From Octopus sinensis (Eukaryota), in the NCBI RefSeq assembly GCF_006345805.1, contig NC_042998.1, positions 114,576,001-114,640,000 of the forward strand: DNA of 64,000 bases, read 5' to 3'. Made by a program: the position numbers and the translations under genes. The notes beneath the pieces are model-generated. The model was not told where the DNA came from. It saw nothing but the letters and a program-made list of their open reading frames with translations, and did no database searches. Shown in pieces: positions 24,875 through 44,810 of this stretch (position 1 is the first letter of the stretch; every line of letters starts with the position of its first letter).

Positions 24875-27800
24875 CAACTAAGAGACTGTGAAAGAAACTC
24901 CAAGAAGTGAATAACAAGAAATCTATAAGCACCACAAACAATAATAACAATAAACAGATGTATAGTAAGTGAATAACTTGGAAATGTTATTCCAAACAGT
25001 AACCAAAGCCTGACAAATAGACAAAAAGTAAATTATGCAAGATGTAAAAAGAAGTGTGAAAATCAAGTAAAAATACAAAGGAATGAAGAATATGAAATAC
25101 ATAAAAAGGTTGGTGGTATGAAATGTAATTTTAGTGGAAGGCCAATGTGCAAGATAGAGGGTTAGTCGGAATGAGCTGAAAGACAGATTGAAGGAGGACG
25201 CTTTTGTGTGAGAGAGAGGGAGGGAGAGAAAGGGAGTGAGAATGAGGAAATGAGGGGTGTGATCTGAATTGGAAATACGGAGGGAGTGATTGGAGAAATA
25301 TATGAAGCACAGACATGCACACTCTCATACATAAACACGGACCACGCAAGCGCACCCGCACACACAGACGCATACACATACGCGCACACACACAGACAAA
25401 CATCCGCATAAGCAAATAAAAGTTATGCCTGAGAAAGAAATACAGAGCATTAGGTGATACATTGAATCAAATTACTGGCTAAACACACACACACACATAC
25501 ACACACACACACACGCATAAACACACACATATATACATATATATAGGAAGAGAAGATGGAGAGGTACCATTAATGGTAACTCTAAGCTAAAATGATATTA
25601 GATATGTTGCAGTGTTGGAGCATTATTTCTGAAAATCAGCAAAGCAGATTATATATCATTTCTTTATCGAATAGTCTTTCTGTTTGTGTCCATACACATA
25701 TATTTCAGTGTCTATGTAGTAGGCAGGAACTAAAAGCAGCATTAAACTTGACATTTATACGTTTACTAACAAACACAGATGTTCGCAAATGTATATGACC
25801 ATTAAAATCGTTAGGAAGAACAATAGATGAGAAGACCGCTACCTGTTACTTTTGAAAAGTTATGAAGATGTGAAATTTTGAACGAGCAATTGAACTTCCA
25901 TTTAGGTTTCGACAACTTACATTGTCTTGGCTAAGCAGGCCCTTTTGATTTCCTACTTTTTTCTTTTTCAGCGCCGTATTACAACTAATCTCCATATGCC
26001 ATGTCTTGTAAACAGTCTTGTGATTATTAACGGTAAATTTCGTCCCTGTTTTGGGGAGGGAAGGGGAATTGGCTCACCCTCTCGTATATGGAATGCGGTG
26101 TTCTTGGTACGTGGCGTTTTACCGACGTGGTCACTGTACCTGAGAATAAAGAAATGACCTATGCTAACAACGATGCGTTAATTGGTGGTCATCTCTGATA
26201 TATTTTATTTTAGAAGCCTCTTGTTGCAACTGTCATAAATTCATTTCCTCCTCTCCTTTTGTGTATAAAACGTTCAAGTCCGGTTAGACATGCATGCTTC
26301 TATGCATTATGAGACGCTTTTTCGTCTTTCTGTCAGTACCTTTCTATCAATCATTTTACCTAATGGTTCCTGTCGTTTACATTATCAGTGATACTGACCT
26401 CGTTTATATGATATTTCTCGTGATTACCTAGATTTTAACATAGTGATTCTTTGAAAATACTCTTCCTCCATAACGCTTCCCTTATTTGTACATTTTTAAT
26501 TTTATGACGTTTTCGTTCGGTGATCCAAAATAAGTGAGTGCTTCTTTAACATCTAAGGATTTGATATTCTCACCATCGCGACTTGATAATGATTTGATAT
26601 TGTCACCGAATTTTCCATGCTTCTTCTCCAACCAGCATAATACATTTCTCAGTACCGAATGCCTTCCGAATGTCATTTGCAAAATAACTTCTTTTTCTGG
26701 TCTGAGCCAAAGAATCTAGTTGATTTTTATCTCTGCTATAAAACTTTAAACCTTCCGAGAATCATACGATTTCTTTTCTATTATTTTTTCCCCTTTTATT
26801 CAGAATAATTAACAGTGTAATCAATTCTTATATGCAAGATATCAGAGTTTTAGTCCTCTTGAAAGACTTGTACCTCCACCATTCTTTCTCTTGTGGATGA
26901 TAATTCTGTTCTCCAACATCACATTGTATTTCCTAACATACACCCTACTTTTTACCGATATTTTGAATAGCTGTTGACAACACCGCATCTTCAATGGTCT
27001 AGAACACTAATAAGACAGCATGCTGAATATCACTCTACTCTTCCATCCTTCTAAATACAGAAATTCCTGTTTTATACTTTTGATATACATCTATTCCTAT
27101 TTTACCTCCACCTTCACCCAGGTTCTCTTCTGCTCTTTCATTCATTTACCTTCCTTCTCTCTCGTCAACTTTGTCTCTCCTACTATTTCAAACGCATGAT
27201 GCAATCTCACGTTGTTCTGTCTTTTCTATCAGTGCTGCCAGTCACTTCGATACAAAAGAAAACTCTTCTGCCTTCGGTTTTCCCCACTTTGAAACTCAAC
27301 CTAGAATCACTATTTCAAACGCAGTTTATTTCCACTCCCCATGACAATACTTAATTCTTTCTATTACTTCCGATAAATACAAATCTTGCCGACGGAGAAC
27401 CACATCAGACACTTTGGATCCTTTACGTATGTCAAAAAAATAAACAAAAATACCATATACAAAGAAATAGCTGCAGATTTAATAGTCTGACAAACCGCAA
27501 ATACTGTGCTGCGATGGACATCACCACTAAGTTAAAAGTAAAAATTGCAACTATAGGGCTCTGACTAAGTCCGCTCTGGACACTTCTAGACTATAAAGGT
27601 ATACAAAAACAGATGCAATTGTTGAAGCCTGTTGGACGTTGAATGGAAGATGTATATGTAAGACGATCTAAATTATCTTCTGCATCCCATATGATTGACC
27701 ATTTCATTTAGGAATGCACGGAAATCCTAACTGGCGGAGATTTTATATTTGAAAACTTGGTGGTAACGATTACAATTTCTCGTTCATATGACTGCTCGAT

Positions 27801-28614
27801 GACAGTTGTATATTGGTCTACAACAAATAAAATAACACACAATCAGGATATGAACACAGGATGCAAAATCGACATGCTCAAATTCCAGTTCTATTCAGTT
27901 TACTACCTGAATTTGAAAGCATTCAGTAATCATAAATTCGGAGATACAGTTGTCTGTCAAATGACTTGATCTGGGACCATATTTTGAAACAAATAATTAC
28001 TGCGTTGAAGATACATAGACATTCAAAAGCAAGCAAAAACTGCACCTTCACTTAAATATTTATTACTTGGTGTAAAATTTTCATTGAACCAGTTACGTCT
28101 TGGTCACTGATATCGATCCACAACAATTGACCAGGTCGCATTTGGTTGAGAATTTTCGCACCAAATAATAAATATTTAAGTGAAGTTAACAACTTCTGTA
28201 TATTTTTAATGGCTAATATGTGTCTTCTACGCCGCAATAATCATAATAATTTCTAAAAGAAGCAGGAGACACTCATTTTTCAGTAGACATGTACGATTAG
28301 ACAGACCATATATAACTGGAATAAGTTTCATTGACGCTAGTTAAATAAACTAGCTTATATGAGTGCATTAGGAATTGAGTATTGAAGGAAATATCGCCAA
28401 ATATCACAAGGCTATTTATTGAATGCTTTACTGATGCTAACATAGCATAATTATATGGAATAATCTCCAAAACAGGATCTAGATTTATAGTTGAATATAT
28501 CGATATTTATATTTGTTATGTCATTTATTTGTATCATGGGAATTGGATAGATGAAAACAATGATATTTCCAGCGGAATTTGAAATCAACTTTGAACGGTA
28601 ATAATAATAATAAT

Positions 28615-30902
<2,288 letters not shown>

Positions 30903-31415
30903 GTCTTCTAACGCTGGAGATGTGCTATGATGCCAGCTGTTCCCTACCAGTGAACTGAGGTAAAACCCTTATTTTTCGAGGACCATCCGGAGTATTCGAA
31001 CGATTCCAAGCAACGTTGTTTTCTGCAAGTCATCCGCCCTTACTGCAGCCCCTATGTGTTCCATGTATTTCTCAAGATTTTTACTCACTGTTCCCAGGGC
31101 TCCGACAATTATTGGTACATCTACCACCTTTTTCAGCGAACACAACTCTTTAACCTCCCAAGCTAACCTGTTATGTCTATCGACATGTCTTTCTTCCTCA
31201 TCGCATACCTCGATATCAGCTGGGCATGCTATATAAATGATCTGGCATCTTTTCTTTCTTTCTCAATCAACACCATGTCTGGTTTTCTGATCTCTATCCC
31301 ATGGTCGCACTGAATCATAAAATGTCATATGATCTTTTATCATTATCATTTTCGATGATGCCTTCGGGTTCATATTCGTCCCATATATTTGCTCTGTCAA
31401 GTCCATACTTGTTGC
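30903..31415 (-). mobile_element. Second R4/Dong-type fragment (RLE C-terminus + 3' UTR), tail-to-tail with the first
   Basis: Minus-strand translation includes KPDMVLIEKE and VPIIVGALGTVSKNL..LQKTTLLG, homologous to PIIVGALG..IQKIALLG of the first element. (AAT)n lies on both sides. Confidence 0.8.
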
Positions 31416-31437
31416 ATTATTATTATTATTATTATTA

Positions 31438-31507
<70 letters not shown>

Positions 31508-32747
31508 CATTATTATAAATCTGTCTGCTCATAGATATTTGTCAATCCTAGCAGATTGCAGGCTTTCTGAGAAAGCATTTCCCATGTTAAGTAGCTTCAA
31601 GGATTTTAAAATAAAAATAAACAACAACTGTACCTGTGATCATCGAAACTTTGCGGAAAATACCAAATGGCACTCATCAGACATTGTTGTGCAAATAATT
31701 ATGGCCAAAGACCAGGAAACTGCAAATTATGAAAACTTCAAAAAATTGTTCTCTTTGGTACTGCCCTAAGAAATACATCACCAACCTGAAAATATTCCAT
31801 TTTCTTCTAAGACTTACAAAACTGAAATATTACAAATTTAACAGAATATTAACTTTCTGATTAAGAACTCTCTTCCCTGAAATATATCAGCTCTAATCAT
31901 ACATAACAACCACAGTAACACGTCTAATTTGCTGTTTCTTAAGATTTCTACAATAATATATTTTTTTCTAATTTTGGCATAATGCCAGCAATGCTGAGGG
32001 AAGGAACAAGTCGATTACATCAACCTAGTACTTGATTGGTACTTATATCATCGATCCCGAATGGATGAAAAGCAAATTTCCCATTAGAATAAAACGTAAC
32101 TCAGGGACAACAACTCACCCTATTCATCAAGAATACCATGTCAAGCGCTCCTCCCTCTTTCGTTTTCTCATCCTGTAGGCGCATGCTAAGAGTAGGTGCA
32201 TTCACCCTGATCATTCTTGCTTCGTTCACCCACTTTTTTTTACAAAATCCATTCTCATTTTCCTTTCCAAGTAGAACTTGAAAACATCGATGGGAGCTTG
32301 GACGAAACGGAAATTATGTCTTCAACTTTTCATTCTAGTCCACCACAAAACCTATTTCGCCATTAAAAACAAACAGAAAAAAGACATGCCTTCCTTTCGG
32401 TGTCAGTAGACGACAGCGAGTCGAACTTCACGATATATCTGGCCGATAGTAGCTGTTCACATAACACCAAAAGTCAGCAATGCTCGAGCACTATACGTGT
32501 GCGTGTATGAATTTCGTCACTTTACGCACATCTCGAGTACTCGCAGCAAACAGCTCTACCATTTGTGTAGAGTCTATTCCAAGAAATCAATCATAATAAT
32601 AACTTTAATATCAATAACAATAATAACATTTTTTGCACTGTCATAAAATTTTCAACGGTCATTATTATTTACTTTCTTCTTGTGATATAGGCTACAAACT
32701 ATTCCTCTTCCGGTCGTCACTTTTCTACTACCACCACCACCACCACC

Positions 32748-32779
<32 letters not shown>

Positions 32780-32849
32780 GATTACATATATTTACATATA
32801 GCAAGAAAAGGGAAGAGAATTTTGAGTATCTTACGTGGTGAGCTGTAAT

Positions 32850-33260
32850 GCAAAAAATGTTATAAAATGTGGACGTCTATACTGTGGAACATGCCCCAAT
32901 CTAATGGAAGGTTCGGAATTCCAATTCAAACAACGGGAGAGGGTTACAAATAAGACCAACTTCACTTGTGCATCCTATAATTTACTTTATGTTATAACTC
33001 GTTCAGGTTGTGGACAATACTACATAGGACAGACAAGTGTGGCACTTAGACGGAGAAACACACTTCATAAGGAACAGATCCGTTTCCCGAAGTATAGACT
33101 GATATATTTGAGCGATCACGTAGAGAGATGTGCAGGGAATCTCCAACCAAATTTCTCAGTTTTCCCATCTACCAGCGCAAATAAACAGTTTCTGTACAAG
33201 TATGTTTAAATAAAGAAAATTTATTTATCGAAAAATACAGAACATGCCTAAATATGAACG
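32850..33260 (+). pseudogene. Penelope-like GIY-YIG endonuclease fragment (element 3)
   Basis: KCGRLYCGTCPNLMEGSEFQFKQ..TNFTCASYNLLYVITRSGCGQYYIGQTS..LHKEQIR, closely similar to the endonuclease of element 2. Confidence 0.85.
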
Positions 33261-33651
33261 TATAACCAGCTTTGGTCTCAGTATATATTTTAATTCATGA
33301 GCACATACCTAACACTCTACATATTTCATGTCATTAGCTTATGAGTTTTTGTGTGTTTATTTATTCTACCTCAAAAATGAGCAATTACCTCCGCTGTCCC
33401 AAGTAACTACTACCACCAATTGCACCCCCTTATATTTTCTACTCATTGATTCATTCCCAAACTTTCATACAAGAACATGGGCTAAAATATTAAGAAAATG
33501 CGAAATTACAATAATCTCAATGTCATTATTAGCGAAAGCAAAACCGGTCGACAACCACGATACTCTTTCATTTAAATATATATTAAAACTTACATGCTAT
33601 ATGTAGCCTACTCTAGTCATGCGGCTTCATTTTTTAATATTTCACACTCTA

Positions 33652-34010
33652 TAAGGCAGAAGCGTTAGCACGCTGGGCGAAATAATTAGCGGTATTAGTT
33701 CAAATTCAGCCGAGGTTGACTTTACCTTTCATGCTCTCGGGAGTCCATAATTTAAGTAACAGTTGCGTACTGAGGTCGGTCTAATCGACTGGCTCCCGCC
33801 TCCCAAAATTTGGGGCCTTGTATCTAGAGTAGAAAAGAATATTTCACGCTCTATTAACATTTTGTCCGTCTTTATGTTCAGAGTTCCAATTCCGCTGAGA
33901 TCCACTGTGCCTTTCGTCCTTTCAAGGTTGATAAATTAAGTACCAGTTGAGCATTTGGGTCAATGTCATCGACTTACTCCTTTCTACGAAATTGATGACC
34001 TTTGAAACCA
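33652..34010 (+). mobile_element. Two tandem diverged SINE family B copies
   Basis: ggcagaagcgttagcacgctgggcgaaa..gttcaaattcagccgaggttgacttt, then a second ..gagttccaattccgctgag..gataaattaagtaccagtt. Confidence 0.75.
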
Positions 34011-34364
34011 ATATAAAACGTACTCTCTTATATCTTAGGAGTCTTCATTAGGAACACTTTCCTTCAATATCTATGTATTACATTTCCAGCATAGAGACGT
34101 CTTTCGGACTCTAGCTTTAGCAATTCGAACTAATATAAAGTGACTCTCTCTCTCTCTCAATTAACGGCCTGTTTTGTCGTTTATTTTATAGCTTTATCGA
34201 ATTAAAAATAGCACACACTATTTTTATTAGATGGTTCGTTCTTTACATAAAATCTGAAATCTCAATTAAAATTACCGAACTTCGATTAATTGGGATAAAT
34301 TTATAAAACGGTTAGCAATCTGTTCAAGTATTTATCTTCAAAACATGCACTAAGTTAAATTGAT

Positions 34365-34402
<38 letters not shown>

Positions 34403-36621
34403 ACACACATGCATACGCACATACGCACACGTGCACACGCACAAACACAAGAATTGCAAGCTTGTGTGTATATGTGTGTTTGTGTATATGTGAGTGTTTG
34501 CGTGTATTTATATCGTTGATCGAAGAGGTGACTGAATTCGCAAACACATGATACACACACACACATGCATACACACACACATTATGTGTTCATTTGTATA
34601 TGTTGCTATATGTGCAATTTCATATTATGTACACATATATTATTACATATAAATACAAGTGCATATATATATATATATGTATGTATGTATACACACACAA
34701 TACGCACACACACACATATATATTAGTATATAAGCATGTAGTTACGCAGACACCCACACACATACATACATACTTACATACATATATACATACATTCATA
34801 AATGCATACGTGCATAAATGCATATACAACCATGTTCATATATACACAGACACCGAAACAGCCAGAGAGAGGGAGAGAGAGAGAAGGAGTGAGAAAAAGA
34901 GTGAGAGAGTGCGCGAGTATGTAGGTGTATGTATATGTGTGTGTTTGTCTGTGTGTGTCTGTGCGTGCGTGCGTTATGTGCAAGCAAGTACATGTATTTA
35001 CTATTAACGTATTTGTTTCATATAAACCTCAATAGACGAATTCTTTAGACGTCAAAGCTTTCATAAATAGAAGTTGTATTTCATCTATTGCAAAGACAGA
35101 ATTTATAGTATTTTTGGCCAATTCTACTTTCTGTTTCCTTTCTCTTATTTCTTTTGTTTCGTTCTTTTATCTATTTATTTATTCATAAGTGTTTAAAGTT
35201 TTTAGTTTCTTAATATCGGCAGTATTGAATATCGATGATAGAATACACCTCACGTTCTTTCGCCCACTCTCAATGAATAGCATTATTGCATACATTCCTG
35301 AACAAGTATAATTGTTTCCATTGGTCTACGTTTGATATGGCCGTTTCAAAGCATGAAAACAATGATTATTTTCTTAGCGCGAGATCTATCACCAAACAGA
35401 AACATTATACGTAACAACTTACCATCATGGTAGTTATATATATGTATTACTTTTCATTTTGCTTTCAAATTTCATTTGTTTTGTGTTACTGTAGATAATT
35501 TTTTCCAGTTTATTTTAATTTTCATTAGTTTAACAATGACTAATTGTGTTCGAAAAATACGAAGCAGAGAAATATAGATTCTGTAAAAATGTATTAATTT
35601 TTACGTTTGTAAAAATTCTTTCTTGATAATTGAAAATATCCACACGAAACTATGAAAGCTTTTAGAATGGGTGAATGTAGGAATAAAATGTAAGTAGTTT
35701 TCGATTAGCTAAAAAGGAATTGATATCTTACTTTTATTTTTATTTTTCACATAGAATAACGTGAATACAACAGTAATAATAATTGTAAATGCTTGAATTT
35801 CCTCTACAAAAACAAAACATTTAAGTCAATGGGAAATGCACCATAGTTATAATTCTTTGCGATACATTTGTATAAACACAAATCAATTACCGGAGAATTA
35901 AGCATTTTCTTGGCGCAATGAAAAGCTTCTTGTGAATGTTATTTAAAACATATAAAGAGGCAATTGCCTGACTGTTGGAAAAGAATAGCCGAAGAATATA
36001 TATATATATATATGTGTGTGCGTGTGTGTGTGTGTGTGTGTGTTTATATATGTATATATATAAGTATATATTTACATGTATGTGTGTGTGCATATATATA
36101 CATGTACGTGTGCAATGTATGTATTTGTGTGTCTGTGTGTGTGTCTATAGAAACAGCTAAATTAGCCCTGTTTATAAAGGCATTATATAGGTTACACTTA
36201 CACACACACATGTGCATACATATATACACACATATACATGAATGTATCATCAAATGTCCAAGGAAATGTGAAAATTCAAAGTTAAAAATCATGCTGATTT
36301 TAAAGCTCGTGTACGCTGATCTAATGCACCTACGATGATAGGTACTCAGAAATTCTCATAAGTATATATTCTCGTGGGTGCATTATATTATGTACCTTCA
36401 AATTCACACAAAAGCCTGCATATACTCGGTTTTTCAAAGGGCAAAAGAAACTGACATGTATGTTCCAAATCCTATTTTTTAGCAGCACCATGACGTCTTG
36501 TAAGACATTCCAAAGATCCTCCATTTGAAATTCTTTAGTTCAGGGGTGGGGAAACATTTTAGTGTGGCGGGCAAACGTTTCCAAAGAGAAAGATCCGCGG
36601 GCGGATTACAAATTCTTACTC

Positions 36622-36841
36622 TTATATCTATTTTACTTGTTTCAGTCATTTGACTGTGGCCATGCTGGAGCACCGCCTTTAGTCGAGCAAATCGACCCCA
36701 GGACTTATTCTTTGTAAGCCTAGTACTTATTCTATCGGTCTCTTTTTGCCGAACCTCAAAGTTACGGGAATGCAAACACACCAGCATTGGTTGTCAAGCG
36801 ATGGTGGGGTGGGACAAACGCAGACATACAAACATACACAC

Positions 36842-36896
<55 letters not shown>

Positions 36897-37055
36897 TATA
36901 CGACAGGCTTCTTTCAGTTTCCGTCGACCAAACCCACGCTCAGAGCTTTGGTCAGCCCGAGGCTATAGTAGAAGACAATTGCCCAAGGTGCCACGCAGTG
37001 GGACTGAACCCGGAACCATGTGGTTGGTAAGCTAGCTACTTACCACACAGCCACT
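36622..37055 (-). mobile_element. Full-length SINE family A
   Basis: Reverse complement of 881-1347, with central (CA)n(TA)n. Confidence 0.9.
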
Positions 37056-38009
37056 TCAACGTAAATCTTGTATATATGCGTAAATCTTGTATATATCTAT
37101 GTATAATTTGTGATCCACTAATAAAGATACGTTTAAGACATTAAATTAGCGCGTAGCAACTTTATTAAAGCCACAACTGAATTTAGGACGTTTATATTTC
37201 GTATGAGGTATTCTATATTTTCCAGCTAGAGGGTAGTTGGGTCTCAAGCAAGTGGTATAAACCTAGCATTATGTGTTTGATAGTGGAAACAAAATTTCCA
37301 TTCAAATGGCAATTACTGGACGATTTTCTGTTCGAGTCTAACCCCTTTATGTCGTAGTGGAAACGCAATTTATGTCGGAATATTGCATAAAATTTATAAT
37401 TGAAAAATTTACTGTATTTTGTACATATAAGTGTACCAGCCTCCAGGCGCAATAAAGTGGGCTCGCGGGCTCAATTTCACCCGCTTACTGAGGTTTTCCT
37501 ACCCTTTCTTTGGATGAATAAATGCAGACATTCGGGTGTATGCATCAACAGCTCAACCAACACTCCAACTCAACCACATACTTACAAACATTGGGCACAC
37601 TCTTAACTCAAACACTTTTATCGTTTTGTTAGCGATTGTCTTGAACTCTCTTGAAAATAATTAGAATTAAAGCAAAAAGACATACACATTCGATTACATG
37701 TGTGCCTATAATGTAAGAGCAGAGAGTCTCTGGGGACGATTGATCAATAAGTTTTATCTATTGAGTCAATAGGCCATACAAGAACACGCGGCATTGTAAA
37801 GAATATATAGAGATTGAATAGTAGACAATTAATGTAATAGTTTTGAACAGTGTACGTGCAATATTGGATTGAAATTTCCAGCGTAACTGAAAATATTTGT
37901 GGGAAACTAACTGCATACTTAACTCAAAGACTTTGTTCGGATATAAGCAGCATTTTTAACAATTGCAGCTGATGGTTGCCACTGCTGTCATAACAATAAT
38001 TACTACTAT

Positions 38010-38041
<32 letters not shown>

Positions 38042-38819
38042 ACTACTACTACTACTGCAAACGATCACCCTCACAGACACAGGTCTGTAAAATGGAAATG
38101 TTTGATAATCGTTTTTATAATTGTATGCTAATCTCGATATTTTTGTGGTGCTAATTCGAAATATCAAAGTAGCTCCTTCTCATTGGCTAAGGTTTTCTCA
38201 ATTCAATCATAAAATCTACATATGGTAGTACACAATTAAACTAATAGAAACGAATTTGGTATTTTAATTTAGCAAAATAAAATGGCCCAAATACAACTGA
38301 AATGAGAGAAAATACATTTTTACAATGTGCCCTTTTAAATTTTAGATTCAGCACCTCAAAATATGTATTCTTTTTATTTGGAAACTACGCCTGGGTCTCC
38401 TTTGCTTGTGAGCATTGGATGGGCATCCGGCAGTACTTGGCCAACATGTTGACATTCCATCTTTCCTGATATCTTCTTTCCATCTTATTTATTTGTTGAT
38501 GAAACCTTTCCTCCGCTCTTCACGCACATACCCAAGATTTTCCGAAAAAAATCCTAATGGCCATGTAGAAAATTAACTTTAATGCTTGTTTTACATTCTT
38601 AGGCCTGGGACTTCTTCAGCATTTTCCTAATTATGTCCTTCTAGTTTGGATCTTTATGACTACACAAGTAGTTCTTCAATCTTTAAAACTAATCCATGTT
38701 TCTTTTGCTGAATCACTAAGAGAGTTTTCAAAATTTTTGTTCTTGGTGAGTTTCCTTTATATGATCCTACAAATAAAACTTCTTCAAGATGGGTGTCTCA
38801 TAGAGTAGAAAATACTTGA

Positions 38820-39696
38820 AGCAATCTGCATCCCGTCTGCAAAGGGTGGCAGAGCTTTATCGAACTGCTTCCTGAATCCGAGTTTTATACGTAGAGGAGT
38901 ATTACTCAGCTAGTCAGTGCTATTGACATATCCCGCGAAAAAGGTGAGAATTTTCTGCACAATGAACTTGGAATGACCTGATCAAAAGTGCACCAAGCTG
39001 ATTACATTAGATCTGACATAGTTTCAGGCAGGTATAGTTGGTTTCCTGCAACGTTTTCTCAGCCAGGATGAGTGGTTGGTTCATCAATTTGAACCAGAAA
39101 CAAAGAGAAAAACCATGCAGTGCACATAACCCTCCTCACCTGCTCCAAAATAGGCCAGGGTTGTTTCATCTGCAGGGAAGGTGATGTTTTGGGATGCAGA
39201 GTCCATTGTGTGTATTGACTAGCTCCGCAAGGGCCACATCATCAATGAAGAGTACTATGCCAACTTGATGATGCAGTTACTAAAGGCTATCAAGATCAAA
39301 TACCCAGCAAAAATGATAAAGGGTGTCTTGATTCATAGGGACAACGGTCCAGCACGCAAGACCTTCGTTTAAATGGTTGCTGTTATTGACTGGCTTAAAA
39401 CTGCATGATCGCTCTCACTAGTCTCCTGATTTGGCTCCATCTCACTATCATCTATTCCCCAAAATGAAATATCACTTGGCTGGGAAACAGTATCGCAGTG
39501 ATTATGATGTTACATATGCAGTTGATAATTTTTTCGATTTACTGGATGAAAGTTTCTTCAACAATGGGATCCAAGCTCCTCAACACCGATGGAAAATCGT
39601 ATACATTGCAAGGGAAAATGTCGGAATATAAACCTCATTTGGTCACATTCCACGAGAGTATCTTAGTCAACCTATGAACATTTCAGCCGAACCTCG
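38820..39696 (+). mobile_element. Decayed mariner transposon (DDD domain remnant + right TIR)
   Basis: FLQRFLSQDE, EPETKR, SAGKVM-FWD, HRDNGPA and SPDLAPSHYHLFPKMK across stops and frameshifts. The right end is ..TTTCAGCCGAACCTCG|TA; the left TIR was not found. Confidence 0.88.
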
Positions 39697-40657
39697 TATT
39701 TTGGGCATTCTTCTGCAGATTCTGCCAACACATTTTCTGTAATGCATGTACTTTATTGGAGGTAGGGTAGACTATTCATGAAATGCATTGCATTTAATCT
39801 TCGTTCTATTTCCTCTTTTGATCTCAAAAACAAACAAACTAAAATAAAAAATAAAAGAAATGACTCTCGTATGATTTGTGATTATCCCAAATAACGTAAT
39901 ACATTGAAATTGGTCTCTTAAAACAATTTATGGTAACTCTAACGGGTTTGCTTTGTTCGTATTAAATAGACAAATGGAGGAAAAAGAAACAAAATACAAA
40001 ATAGACTGTAGAATTACAAGTTAAATCCAAAAGCATTTTCTAAGTATACCACTTATTAAACACTAGTTAGAAAGTCTTGAAATTCCTTCTTACTGCATCA
40101 AATGAATAAGAAAAAACATCTAAAAAGTAAGATTATTATAATACATTGTCCACATTCAAAGGTGAATAAATGTAAATTCTTTCCTCAAATTAATTTGCAA
40201 GATGTTTTCTCACCTACGGTTATTATCCAACGCTCACTGTTAACGGTCAAATGTAGCCGCAAAAGAAAAAAGCAAAACTATAACGATAAAGAAAAGTCAT
40301 TGTAAGAAAATAAAAAATAAAAAATAAGACTAGAAAAAAAGCAAGGAAAAAATGTCATGATCACTCTGACTGCTCACATGACATTACAAAACAATTAAGT
40401 AGGATGTCAAGAAACGTCCCTAACTTCGACGAATGAAATTAGATTTAACCGCCATACATTTTGCTAAAAGCAGAACGATGTTAAATGATGATATTCGGTA
40501 AAAGATTTCAGGAAAGAAACAAAAATCCTTGATTCTTTTGATTCTTTTCAAGTTTGTTCTACCTTGAAGAAAGTCAATAGTTTTAAGTTTCTCGTTTATA
40601 TTTTATTCCTGAAAAAAGCCTCCTGTTGAAATCAACCAATCAATACTGCTACTTGAA

Positions 40658-41000
<343 letters not shown>

Positions 41001-42529
41001 CAAGATGCGTGTGTATGTGCATGCCAACGAAAAGCATTCAAACAGTGTGTTCATAATAAACTTTACAAATAAATTTACAGTCGTACTTTTAATAAGAATA
41101 GACACAGTATTGAGCCTGCCCATGGTTAAAATAATTCCCTCTCTTTCTCTCAGGTCCTTCCTCTCTCTCTTTCAATGTAGTATGGATAAATGTACTGATA
41201 TTCTAATGAGCAAAAGAAGTGCGTGTTGATCGTTATACTTTTCATATGTAGCTGTAAGCTAGTAAATGTTTCATCTCCCTATCTCTCCGGTAAATATTCG
41301 AGTTGATATTTGCTCCCTTATCAGAGAGAAAGGGAGAGATATAGACAGAGAGAAGGGAAGAAAGAAAGAGGGAGGGAGAGAGATTAATAGATAGATATGT
41401 AGGTATATGCTAATAATTTCGGGTGTAAAATAAAACTTCGTTACGCGTCATTCTTGGGAATGCAGTTATAGATGGACTCTCTTTCGCCGGGAGAGACCCT
41501 CAGGTGATAATAAAGAACAACACTTAGAGTAATTGTTTTAGGAAATACGGAATACCACTCAGACATTCGCTAAAATATTGGCAGAAATGCGTTTCGAGTT
41601 TTCTTTCCGCTTGTGCGCTGTACACCGTGATTTTAAGATCCAGCGTTGATATAGGAAATCCAAGACAAGTTGCGATGCAACTTCTCTCTTTAGCTTTCAT
41701 AGCGGGTCTTTTTTGACGAAGTACAGGGGAGTGAGAGGAGAAAAAATCCGCAAACACCTTTTAAATTGATTGCAAAGAATAATATTTAATGGTTGGCACA
41801 TTCTCAGGAAAGTCTGCAGGATCTAATAAAATTGTGAATGTAACATTCTTATTACACGAGAAGTTACACGAGCGCAGTTCCAACATTAAGCTGCACAGTG
41901 AACTGGTTAATCTGTTACTCAAATTCGTCAAAACAACATAATGTACAAATATCAATCACATTTTTGTCTATTAGAATTTTTCTTGTAGGATGAAGATGGT
42001 TTGTTATTCAGAAAATAAAACTCCACCAATGGAGTATAGTAACAAGAATAATTGTTATTTACTGAATATAAAGAAGAATTTTTGTATAATTTTTTAATAA
42101 TTCACTCACACATTTTCTCTGTAAAGTTCGTGATAACCAGTTTGTTTCTTTGTCTGAAATCTTAGCTATTCCAGATTCAATTTAGAATGAGAACTGATGA
42201 TTAGTGGTATAAAAATGGAGCGCTAAATTTCGAAACAGTTGGGTATAAATATTAACCTGATTTTAGAGGACATTTGTAATCTGCAGGATAGATACTCCCA
42301 CTGATTTTCCATGACTTTCATTTTCTACCTCAAAGAATTATATAGGACTAGATAAAATTGCATTTGGAAGATATTTTGAAGAGAATACTCCTTCAAAATT
42401 CCCAAGTATGTATGTCATTGTTCAGTTTTATTTCTTGTCAATAGAGAAAGAGTCGGGTTCTAACCTAGACTCAAGGCTTCTTTTTTTGAATTTCAACATC
42501 AGCAACATGGTAGTTTTGCTTCTATGTTT

Positions 42530-44810
<2,281 letters not shown>

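Noticed and set aside
25972-26032. Possible 61-nt host exon (polypyrimidine-CAG acceptor, GTAAAT donor)
   Set aside because: Splice-like signals alone are common in AT-rich DNA. The peptide is unrecognisable and no partner exons were found; RNA-seq is needed.
26300-27700. Possible very old LINE (RTE-like) coding remnants on both strands
   Set aside because: Only vague motif resemblance across many stops; boundaries and class cannot be supported without a profile search.
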